A stretch of DNA of 45,129 bases from Sandaracinaceae bacterium (GTDB lineage Bacteria > Myxococcota_A > Polyangia > Polyangiales > Sandaracinaceae): NCBI GenBank assembly GCA_044220955.1, contig JBGAQA010000054.1, forward strand, positions 1 to 45,129, read 5' to 3'. A model generated the notes under the pieces. The model saw nothing but the letters and a program-made list of their open reading frames with translations. It ran no database searches and had not been told where the DNA came from. Below are positions 8,430-16,095 of this stretch, piece by piece. The first letter of the stretch is position 1. The number at the start of each line of letters is the position of its first letter. Position numbers and translations under genes: made by a program.

Positions 8430-9278
8430 ATGACCGGGTCGCGAGCGACGTCGGGGCCGGGATCGCTGCGCTACGGCGCGCTCTTGGAGGCGCTCGCCTC
8501 GCTGCGCGGTCCGGCGTTCTTCGAGGAGCCGCGCCCGGCCGAGCGCGGCGTGCTCTACCGCCGGCGGCACGGTCGCGGGATCCGCCCGCTCTACGACGTG
8601 TACCTCCCGGCCCGCGAGGCGACCGGACACGGCGCCGTCCTCGTGCACGGCGGGGGGTTCACCCTCGGCAGCCGCGACATGCGTCCGATGCGCTACCTCG
8701 CCTCGCGCCTCACCGCGGCCGGGATCGCGGTGTGCAGCGTCGACTACCGGATGATCTTCCGCGGTGGACGCCTCGACGAGGCGCAGGGCGACGTGCGCGC
8801 CGCGCTCGAGCACTGGCGCGGCCGGGCCGAGCGCGCGCACGGCGTCGAGCCCCGCCGCATCTCGCTCGTGGGCCTCTCGGCAGGCGCGACGCTCGCGATG
8901 CTCGTCGCCGGGCGCTCGACCGAAGAAGAGGTGCACCGCCTCGCCTGCGGGTTCGGGCTCTACGAGCTCGATCACCTCGAGGGCACGCTCGCGAGCGTCG
9001 TCCCGCGGCTGCTCTTCCGTACGTCCGACCGACGCACGTGGCGCGAGCGCTCGCCGCGGGGCTCGCCCCAGCCGCGCGCGCCGACGCTGCTCTTGCACGG
9101 CGGCGCCGACGGCCTCGTCCCCGTCGGCCAGGCGCAGAGGCTCGCCGCGCACCGCGAGGCGCTCGGCCTGCCCACGCGCCTGGTCGTGTACCCGGAAGCG
9201 CCGCACGGCTTCTTCCAGTTCCCCGGCGACGCCGCCGAGAACGGCGCCGACGAGATCATCGCGCACCTGCGGCGCTGA
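8430..9278 (+). CDS. Alpha/beta hydrolase (HSL-like esterase/lipase)
   Basis: HGGGF oxyanion loop, VDYR, GLSAG nucleophile elbow, DGLV Asp and PHGF His; starts 5 nt after sulfatase stop. Confidence 0.88.
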   Translation: MTGSRATSGPGSLRYGALLEALASLRGPAFFEEPRPAERGVLYRRRHGRGIRPLYDVYLPAREATGHGAVLVHGGGFTLGSRDMRPMRYLASRLTAAGIAVCSVDYRMIFRGGRLDEAQGDVRAALEHWRGRAERAHGVEPRRISLVGLSAGATLAMLVAGRSTEEEVHRLACGFGLYELDHLEGTLASVVPRLLFRTSDRRTWRERSPRGSPQPRAPTLLLHGGADGLVPVGQAQRLAAHREALGLPTRLVVYPEAPHGFFQFPGDAAENGADEIIAHLRR

Positions 9279-9356
9279 CCGAGCGTCGGCTCGCGCCCCG
9301 TGACGGCCTCCGTTCCGGCCCTGGTGCCCGGACCCGTCTGCGAGCATGCTCGATCC

Positions 9357-9659
9357 GTGGCGTCGCGAGAGCGGGGGCAACGGGCGCGGGCGCGGCGTAG
9401 GCTCTGGCTCGCATCCGCGCTCCTGGCCGGCGCGTGTGCGCCGTCGCTCTCGAGCGACGCGGGTCCCTACGACGCGGCCGGGGAGCGCTGCGACCCGCGC
9501 ACCGAGGTGCGGCGCGACTGCGTCGGCACCTTCTGCGGGGGGCCGAGTCGGTGCGACTCCTGGTGCCGGCCCGAGGGAGTGTGGAGCGTCTGCATGTGCC
9601 CCGTCGGTGCCGCCTGCGACGCGGGCGTCGTCGTCGCGCGCGATGGCGCGAGCGACTGA
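9357..9659 (+). CDS. Small Cys-rich putative lipoprotein
   Basis: RRRLWLASALLAGAC lipobox, DAG linker, 8 further Cys; CATGCT hexamer 6 nt before GTG 9357. Confidence 0.6.
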   Translation: MASRERGQRARARRRLWLASALLAGACAPSLSSDAGPYDAAGERCDPRTEVRRDCVGTFCGGPSRCDSWCRPEGVWSVCMCPVGAACDAGVVVARDGASD

Positions 9660-9786
9660 GGGCCGGGTCGGGCCGCGCACCGAGCGCGACGGAGACCGCG
9701 TCGACACGCGCTTGCTCTCCCGGCGAGGCAGAGCGGCGCCGCGCGCGGGGGTCGCGAGCACCCGCTCGGGCGTGCATAGTGCGCGC

Positions 9787-10644
9787 GTGCGCCGCCTCGG
9801 GATCGGATCGGCCCTGGGCCTGCTCTTCTTGGGACACGCCCTGCTCTGGGCGAGCGTGCACCTCTTCATCGCCATCGCGATCGCGGCGCGGCAGCTCGAC
9901 TACGCGGACGCCGCCCGCGCCGTGACCTCGGACCCCCTGCCGCTCGGGGCCGCGCAGCTCGCGGCGCTGGGCGCGGTGATCGCGCTCGGGGTGTGGCTCT
10001 CCACGCCCGGCGAGGCGCCGGCGAGCGCGCTCGGGATCGCGCCCGCGCGCACGCGCTCCGTCGTGCTCGCCGCGGTGGCGGGCATCGCCTTGCAGCTCCC
10101 GATGGTGGAGCTGACGACCCTGATCGTCCGCCTCGTCCCGACGATGGCGCACGCGCCCGAGGTCGATGCCGCGGCGACCGCGCTCGCGCGCATCAGCTCG
10201 CCGGTGCGCGCGTTCACCGTCCCGTTCACGTTCGTCGTGATCGCCCCCGTCACCGAGGAGCTGCTCTTCCGCGGCCTCATCCAGCGCGCGCTGCGGGCGC
10301 GCTACGGCCCACGCGTCGCGATCGGGACGAGCGCCCTGCTCTTCGGCGCCTTTCACCTGGATGCACAGGCGCTCTTCTTCGCGACGATCGTCGGCGTCGT
10401 CCTCGGCGTGGTCGCGCAGCGCGCCGGCTCGACCCTGCCCGCCATCGCGCTGCACGCGGGCTTCAACGCCGTGCCCGTGCTCGTGCCGCCGGAGCTGGTC
10501 GCGATCCCGGGGTTCAACGACGGAACGAACGCCGACGTCCCGTGGCCGCTCGCGGTCGCGAGCGCGCTGCTCGCGGCGCTGGCCCTCGGGCTGCTGGCCC
10601 GGACGCTCCGCCCGCCCCGCGACCCGCGCGATCGGCCCGACTGA
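9787..10644 (+). CDS. CPBP (CAAX protease/Abi) family intramembrane glutamic endopeptidase
   Basis: Multi-TM; EELLFRG, FGAFH, HAGFN motifs; start inferred from CATAGT hexamer 6 nt before GTG 9787 (alternative 9772). Confidence 0.88.
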   Translation: MRRLGIGSALGLLFLGHALLWASVHLFIAIAIAARQLDYADAARAVTSDPLPLGAAQLAALGAVIALGVWLSTPGEAPASALGIAPARTRSVVLAAVAGIALQLPMVELTTLIVRLVPTMAHAPEVDAAATALARISSPVRAFTVPFTFVVIAPVTEELLFRGLIQRALRARYGPRVAIGTSALLFGAFHLDAQALFFATIVGVVLGVVAQRAGSTLPAIALHAGFNAVPVLVPPELVAIPGFNDGTNADVPWPLAVASALLAALALGLLARTLRPPRDPRDRPD

Positions 10645-10739
10645 GCGCGGCCGTCCAGCGTGCCGCGACCTCGAAGGCTGTCCCAAGATCGACGACGGCC
10701 TCGGGCACGATCCGGCGGCCGCGCGCGACGAGCGGTGTG

Positions 10740-10827
10740 CCTCGCGAGGAGCGAAGCGACGAGTCGGAGCGAGGGGTGAGACGCATCCGGCTCCGCCGGT
10801 GCGTCGAGGGGCCCGCTCAGGGCCCCT
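10740..10827. terminator. Cluster of hairpins between convergent genes (REP/terminator-like)
   Basis: cctcgc/gcgagg (10740-10774), gacgca..tgcgtc (10780-10805) and aggggccc-gctca-gggcccct (10807-10827). Confidence 0.45.
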
Positions 10828-10833
10828 GCAAAC

Positions 10834-12177
10834 TCAGACCTCGTGGAAGAGCGGCGGCCGCCGCGCGAGGAAGCGCTCGATCGCCTGCCGATCCCGGTCG
10901 GTGAGCGTCGTGAAGCGCACGCCCATCCCGGGCGAGTCCTCTCCCTCGCCCGCCCGCTGCGGATCCTTCAGCCAGGCGACGCGCCCCGGCGCCGTCACCT
11001 GGTGGCCGCCGGGCAGCACGAACGAGACGGTGACCTCGGTCCCGAGCGGCAGCGGCGCCCACGTCGCGACGAAGAGCCCGCCGCGCGAGACGTCACCGCT
11101 CAGCCCCGTGAAGAACTGCGTCGCGCTGTGCAGGCCGATGTCGGCCTGGAGCGAGACGCGCTCGGTGTGCCGGCGATCCCCGTCGTTCACCGGCGAGCCG
11201 CTCGAGCGCTCGACGAGCCCCTCGTCCGCGTCGGGCATCAGCTCGAGCGCCTTCCTGCGCTTGCGCTTGAGCGGCACCGCGCTCTCGGGCGGCTCCGACG
11301 GACGCGCGGACGTCCCCGGAGGCGGCGTCGATCCGGCCCGGCCCACGAAGGTCGTCGCCTCGCCCGGCGTCGCCTCGCGAAGGAGCGCGGACGGCGGACG
11401 CGAGACGCGCGTCGCCCCGCGGGAGTGATCCGGCTCGTCCGTCGTGGTAGCGGCCTCGTCGGTCCCGCGGATCATCGTCTTGGCCGACACCCGCTGCGGC
11501 TGCGGGTGCTCGCGCGTCGCGGGGATCGCCCGACCCGGCCGGCCACCGGTGGGCTCCGGCTGCCGTTCCGGATCGCGGCCTCGGTCCGCCTCGGGCCTCG
11601 CGAGCTGCGCGACGGGGATCATCGGGCTCGACGGCGGCGCGACGCCCGGCGAGGTGATCTTCTTCTCGCGCGGCCTCGGCGCTTGCTTGGGCGCGTCCTC
11701 CATCTCCGCGTCGCGCGCCGGCAGGGCGACCACCGGCGCCGCGAGGTCTGCCTCGGCGCTCGCCTCGCTCGAGATCGAGGCCTCGATCTCTCGCTCGAGA
11801 CCGGCCCGCGCCGGGTAGAGCACCGCCAGGCACTTGGCGATCGAGGCCCCCGCGTCGTCGAGCGCCCGAGGAACGCCCGGCTCGGAGAGCCGCGCCAGCA
11901 CTCCCGACAGGACCCCGCTCGCCTCCCGCAGCCGATCGCGCACGCCCTCCGGCTCGCCGACCTCCGCGCCGTAGAGCGACCCGACGGCGAACGCGAGCCG
12001 CCCTGCGAGCTGCCGTCCTTCCTCGCCGCTCTGGCTCTGCTCGAGCACGGCGATCGTGTTGGCGAGATCGACGCGCGCCTGCCGCGCCGCCAGGACGCCC
12101 GCATGCTTCAGCTCTCGGCGTCGCGCGCGATCCACTCCGCCTCCCCCCCGGTCCGGGGTCACCCCGCCCGGTGTCAC
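10834..12177 (-). CDS. TIGR02266/PilZ-like domain protein with helical N-terminal domain and Pro-rich linker
   Basis: C-terminal RRHTER...QFFTGLSGDVSRGGLFVAT...GRVAW...PGMGVRF...RPPLFHE; GTG overlaps upstream TGA. Confidence 0.82.
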   Translation of the reverse strand: MTPGGVTPDRGGGGVDRARRRELKHAGVLAARQARVDLANTIAVLEQSQSGEEGRQLAGRLAFAVGSLYGAEVGEPEGVRDRLREASGVLSGVLARLSEPGVPRALDDAGASIAKCLAVLYPARAGLEREIEASISSEASAEADLAAPVVALPARDAEMEDAPKQAPRPREKKITSPGVAPPSSPMIPVAQLARPEADRGRDPERQPEPTGGRPGRAIPATREHPQPQRVSAKTMIRGTDEAATTTDEPDHSRGATRVSRPPSALLREATPGEATTFVGRAGSTPPPGTSARPSEPPESAVPLKRKRRKALELMPDADEGLVERSSGSPVNDGDRRHTERVSLQADIGLHSATQFFTGLSGDVSRGGLFVATWAPLPLGTEVTVSFVLPGGHQVTAPGRVAWLKDPQRAGEGEDSPGMGVRFTTLTDRDRQAIERFLARRPPLFHEV

Positions 12178-13262
12178 TCGTCGTAGAACATCGGCGCGCG
12201 CTTGCGGATGAAGCGCAGGATCAGCTCGCGCGCCTCGGGATCGAGCCCCTCGAACTGGATGCCCATGCCCGGCTCGCTCTCGGCCGTCAGGTCCATCGGG
12301 TCACGCACGAAGCGCACGAACCCGTTCACGTGCTTCTCGAAGTTGCCGGGCAGCGTGACGAGCACGCGCATGAGCGTCCCGCGGGGCTGGATCGCGTAGG
12401 TCGCGCAGAAGACGCCACCCTCGGAGATCTCGCCCGAGAAGCCGACGTAGAAGTTCGAGTCGGTGGTCGCGCCGATGTTCACCTCGACGGGGATGCGCTC
12501 CTTCGATCCGTCGCGGTACGCGCCCGCCTGCGGCTGCGGCGGCTTGGGCTGCGCCGGCGCGGTGAAGGGCGGCTGCTGTGCGGCCGGGAGCGGCGCCGCG
12601 TAGGGGTTGGGCGCGAGCGCCTGCGGCTGCGCGGGCGCCTGCCACGCCTGCTGCTGCGGAGGCGGCTGGTACGCCTGCTGCTGATGGGCCTGCTGGGGCG
12701 GTGGCTGCCACTGCTGCTGCTGCGCCTGCTGCCACGCCTGCTGCGGAGGCGCGGCCGGCGCGTGGGGTTGCTGCGGCGCGTGCGGCTGTGTCATGGCGAA
12801 CGCCGCCACCGGAGCGACGCCCGGCGCGTACTGCTGTTGCGGCTGAGGCGGCGGGCCGAAGCCGGGTGCGGGCTGTCCCATCATCGGCGCGCCGCCCATG
12901 CCCTGCGGGGGCTGCTGCGGCTGGGGTGGCCGCAGGGAGGGCTGCGTCGTGAGCGGATAGAGCGCCGACATCGTCTGCGCGATCGACGCGGTGGCGACCT
13001 GGATCCCGGGGTGCTGGGCCCGCACGTCCTGCAGGAGCGCGAGCGTCTGCCCCACGACCCCGAGCGCTCGCTTCACCGCGGCCTTGCCCTCGGGCTCGCC
13101 CGGGGCGCGCTCGGCCTCGAAGAGCGCCGCCATGGCCTGGGCGACGTTCTGCACGATGGCCATCACGTCGGGAGGGATGTTCGGGTCCGCCTGGAGCGCG
13201 GCGAGCGCCTTGCCCAGGTTCTCGCGTGAGGTCTTGGCGGTCTGTGCGCCCGAGTAGCTCAT
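12174..13262 (-). CDS. TIGR02266/PilZ-like domain protein with helical N-terminal domain and Gln/Pro-rich linker
   Basis: SNFYVGFSGEISEGGVFCAT...GFVRF...PGMGIQF...RAPMFYDE; GGAGAGG SD before ATG 13262. Confidence 0.85.
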   Translation of the reverse strand: MSYSGAQTAKTSRENLGKALAALQADPNIPPDVMAIVQNVAQAMAALFEAERAPGEPEGKAAVKRALGVVGQTLALLQDVRAQHPGIQVATASIAQTMSALYPLTTQPSLRPPQPQQPPQGMGGAPMMGQPAPGFGPPPQPQQQYAPGVAPVAAFAMTQPHAPQQPHAPAAPPQQAWQQAQQQQWQPPPQQAHQQQAYQPPPQQQAWQAPAQPQALAPNPYAAPLPAAQQPPFTAPAQPKPPQPQAGAYRDGSKERIPVEVNIGATTDSNFYVGFSGEISEGGVFCATYAIQPRGTLMRVLVTLPGNFEKHVNGFVRFVRDPMDLTAESEPGMGIQFEGLDPEARELILRFIRKRAPMFYDE

Positions 13263-13361
13263 CGGTCCGGATCCTCTCCCCTTCATGCCGGGCTGCCGGC
13301 GGCGGCCGACGATACCGCGTTCGGGTGGGAGGATCGAGCGGATCAGCCGGGCGCGGCCACC

Positions 13362-13826
13362 TCACGCGGGCAAGCCCAGCTCCTTCGTGAACACGATGCG
13401 CGCGCGTCCCCTCCCCGCGTAGTCCGGGTCCTCCACGACGTCGAAGCCGAGGGCGCGATGGAACTCGATCGAGCCCTCGTTTCCGACGTTGGTGATCGCC
13501 TTCAGGCGCAGGGCGCCGGCCGCTCGCGCGCGGTCCATGAAGTGCTCGTAGAGCTCCTTTCCGACGCCGCGCCGCCGGTGATCGGGGTGGATGCCGACCA
13601 TGTGGATGTACGCGGTGAGCCGCGTGTCGGCGTCGTCGTGCGGGCGCGCGTGGAAGCCGAGCAGGAACCCCGCGACCTCTCCGTCGAGGTCCGCGATCAG
13701 CGCCTCGGAGCCGAGCTCGTAGTAGAACATCGGGTGGGCGAGCTCGCGCGAGGGCCCACCCCACCAGCGGTCGAGCACCGACACGATGAAGGAGTAGTCG
13801 GCCCTCGTGATCCCGCGGATCCGCAT
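13362..13826 (-). CDS. GNAT family N-acetyltransferase
   Basis: AYIHMVGIHPDHRRRGVGKELY acetyl-CoA motif A; NEGSIEFHRALGF. Confidence 0.9.
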   Translation of the reverse strand: MRIRGITRADYSFIVSVLDRWWGGPSRELAHPMFYYELGSEALIADLDGEVAGFLLGFHARPHDDADTRLTAYIHMVGIHPDHRRRGVGKELYEHFMDRARAAGALRLKAITNVGNEGSIEFHRALGFDVVEDPDYAGRGRARIVFTKELGLPA

Positions 13827-13832
13827 CGATCG

Positions 13833-13850
13833 ACCCTACCACGCTATCAT
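13833..13850. promoter_or_regulatory. Back-to-back -10 elements for two divergent genes (TAGGGT on -, TATCAT on +)
   Basis: 30-bp intergenic; each hexamer lies exactly 6 nt from its ATG (13826 and 13857). Confidence 0.6.
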
Positions 13851-13856
13851 CGTGCG

Positions 13857-14483
13857 ATGGCCGACGAGACGACGACGGGTGAGACGACGCGCGAGCGCGT
13901 GGAGGCGGGGGCGAGCGTGGCCCTGCGCAAGAGCAAGAAGGCGCTCGACGGCGCCGTGACGGGTGTGCGCGGCGGCCTGCGAGACGCCGAGCGACGCATG
14001 GACGACGAGGCGAAGGCCTGGAACGCGCGGGCGGACGAGGCAGCGCTCCCCGACGTCGGGGGCAGCACGCCGATGGTGGACCTCGCGATCCGCATCGACC
14101 GCGAGTCGGACTACTGGCGCACGTTCGCCGTGCGCAACCTCCGGCCCGGCGCGGCGCGCAACCTCGCGATCGCGGGCGCGGCCATGGCGCTCGCCTCTGG
14201 GCTCGCGCTCGGCACGCTCGCGACGCTCGCGGCGATCTTCGGGAGCGAGGGCCCGGCCGAGGCGTCGCTCTCCACGGCGGCGGGGGTCGCGCTCTGCGCG
14301 ATCGTGACCAGCATCCTCGGCTCGATGTCCGAGCGCGGGCGCGTGATGGCGGCGCGCGAGGCGCTCGCGCGGGCCGATCACGCGGAGCGCAGGCTCGAGC
14401 GCGTCGCGGCGATCCTGGCGCTGAAGCCTGCGAGCGAGGCGAAGTACGTCGAGGCGCTCACGAGGCTCGAGCGCGAGCGCTGA
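13857..14483 (+). CDS. Hypothetical protein with two TM helices flanked by coiled-coil-like segments
   Basis: Helical charged N- and C-termini, two hydrophobic stretches; fills gap between GNAT and next gene. Confidence 0.7.
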   Translation: MADETTTGETTRERVEAGASVALRKSKKALDGAVTGVRGGLRDAERRMDDEAKAWNARADEAALPDVGGSTPMVDLAIRIDRESDYWRTFAVRNLRPGAARNLAIAGAAMALASGLALGTLATLAAIFGSEGPAEASLSTAAGVALCAIVTSILGSMSERGRVMAAREALARADHAERRLERVAAILALKPASEAKYVEALTRLERER

Positions 14484-14487
14484 GCTC

Positions 14488-16095
14488 TCAAGGCCGCTGA
14501 GACTCGGGCCGGAACACGAGCGAGAGCGAGAGGCGGTACTCGCGGAAGACCTGCGGCGTCCCGACGACGTGCGGCATCGCGACGGACGCCTCCGGGTCCA
14601 CGCGCAGCTCCCACTCGCGATCGAGCTCGAAGCCGGCGCCGACGAGCGTCGCCGCGACGAGCGGTCCGACGTCGCCGGCGCTCGCGCCGTACTCGTCGAA
14701 GAGCAGGACCGAGATCCCCGCCGCGATGCGCGTGCCGATGCGCACCAGCCCAGGCACGCGGGCCCAGTCCCACTCCAGGCTCGCGAACGCGTCGAAGACG
14801 CCGGGCGCGCCGCGCACGGCGGCGAGGGAGAACCAGGGGCTCCACTCCACGTCGAGGCCGACGCGCCACTCGTCCGAGGGGAACCAGCGGCCGCCGAGGG
14901 ACACGACCGCGGACGGGGACTCGATGGCGCCGCCGATCGTGAGGCTCGCGGCGAAAGGGGAGAGCGGGCGCGGCGCGGGGGGTGGGGCGTCCTGGGCGAG
15001 GGCGGGGGCGGGAGCGAGGGCGAGGGCGAGGGCGAGGGCGAGAGGGCGAGGACGAGGACGAGGACGAGGGCGAGCGCGGCGGCGGGCGAGGACGACGAGG
15101 GCGAGCGCGAGCGCGGCGAGCGGAGCGCGACTCGAGGATCGACGCGCGGCGATCGAGCACCCGCCCTCGCTCGTCACGGCGTCGGGCGAGCCGCACCACG
15201 CGTTCGACGCGTCGCAGCCCGGCGTGAGCGTGAGCCAGCGATCGAGCACGAGCGAGGTGCGGGCGAGGCGCCCTGCCCTGCCGCCGCTCGGATCGGCGAT
15301 CGCCGCCAGCAGCTCCGCGCTCGCGTCCTCGGCGTGCGTCGCGCGCGCGATCGACGCGGCGTCGCCCGTGCAGTGATCCCGATCGCTCTGGTGGCGCACT
15401 CCGTCGCGCGCCGGGTCGTAGTGGCCGGTCACCCAGTCCACCCAGTTGTGGACCGTCAGCACCTGCGTGCCGCTCGCGTCCCGGTACGTGTGCGAGAATG
15501 AGTCCTGCAGCGCGTGCAGCGCGAGCCCCACGCGGTGCGGGAAGCGCGCGAGCGGGACCGTGCGCGTGCCCTCGAACGCGAGCGAGACGCCGACGTCCTC
15601 CGTGCCGGCGTCGATCTCGTCGGCCGGACCGAGCGCGCGAGCGACCTGATCCTCGATGTAGGCGCGGCACGCCGCGAGCGCGCGAGCGTCGCCAGCCACG
15701 CCGTCGTCCGCCGGGCTGCGCAGGCAGTCCGAGGGCTGCGTGGCCGGATCGCCGTGCACGGTGGCGAGCCGGTCGAGGTCCGTCGCGGCGAGGGCGCCGA
15801 CGTCCGCCTCGCGCACTCCGATCAGGAGCGCGACGACCCGCGGATCGCTCGCCGCCGCGGCGGGCACCGTGAAGGGCAAAGCCGACGCGAGGCGGCGCTG
15901 CGCGTCGTCCGCGGGGACCGTCGGCACGTCGGGGGCGAAGGGCGCCCGCGCGAGGGCGGCGAGCGTGATGTGCTCGTGGCAGGCCCCGAAGACGGGGCTC
16001 TCGATGGTGAACGCGCGCGCGGGCGCGCCGTCGGAGATCGACGCGAGCAGGATCGCCAGCGCCAGGCCCGCGATCGCCGGACGCTCAGGTCGCAT
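14488..16095 (-). CDS. Secreted Zn-PLC/P1-nuclease/Het-C-like domain + internal MYXO-CTERM + second signal-like segment + beta-barrel-like domain
   Basis: SP ending APARA-FTIES..CHEHIT; HALQDSFSH metal motif; internal GGCSIA..LAALALALVVLARRRAR; then LALALALALAPAPALA-QD and amphipathic beta-strands ending YRLSLSLVF. Confidence 0.72.
   Translation of the reverse strand: MRPERPAIAGLALAILLASISDGAPARAFTIESPVFGACHEHITLAALARAPFAPDVPTVPADDAQRRLASALPFTVPAAAASDPRVVALLIGVREADVGALAATDLDRLATVHGDPATQPSDCLRSPADDGVAGDARALAACRAYIEDQVARALGPADEIDAGTEDVGVSLAFEGTRTVPLARFPHRVGLALHALQDSFSHTYRDASGTQVLTVHNWVDWVTGHYDPARDGVRHQSDRDHCTGDAASIARATHAEDASAELLAAIADPSGGRAGRLARTSLVLDRWLTLTPGCDASNAWCGSPDAVTSEGGCSIAARRSSSRAPLAALALALVVLARRRARPRPRPRPRPLALALALALAPAPALAQDAPPPAPRPLSPFAASLTIGGAIESPSAVVSLGGRWFPSDEWRVGLDVEWSPWFSLAAVRGAPGVFDAFASLEWDWARVPGLVRIGTRIAAGISVLLFDEYGASAGDVGPLVAATLVGAGFELDREWELRVDPEASVAMPHVVGTPQVFREYRLSLSLVFRPESQRP
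15012..15110. repeat. Hexamer tandem repeats (GCGAGG)n and (GACGAG)n within CDS
   Basis: Visible tracts encoding ALALAL and RPRPRP on the - strand. Confidence 0.75.

Noticed and set aside
12540..12930. CTG/CAG-rich tract as a non-coding microsatellite
   Set aside because: It encodes the Gln/Pro-rich linker of the TIGR02266 protein.
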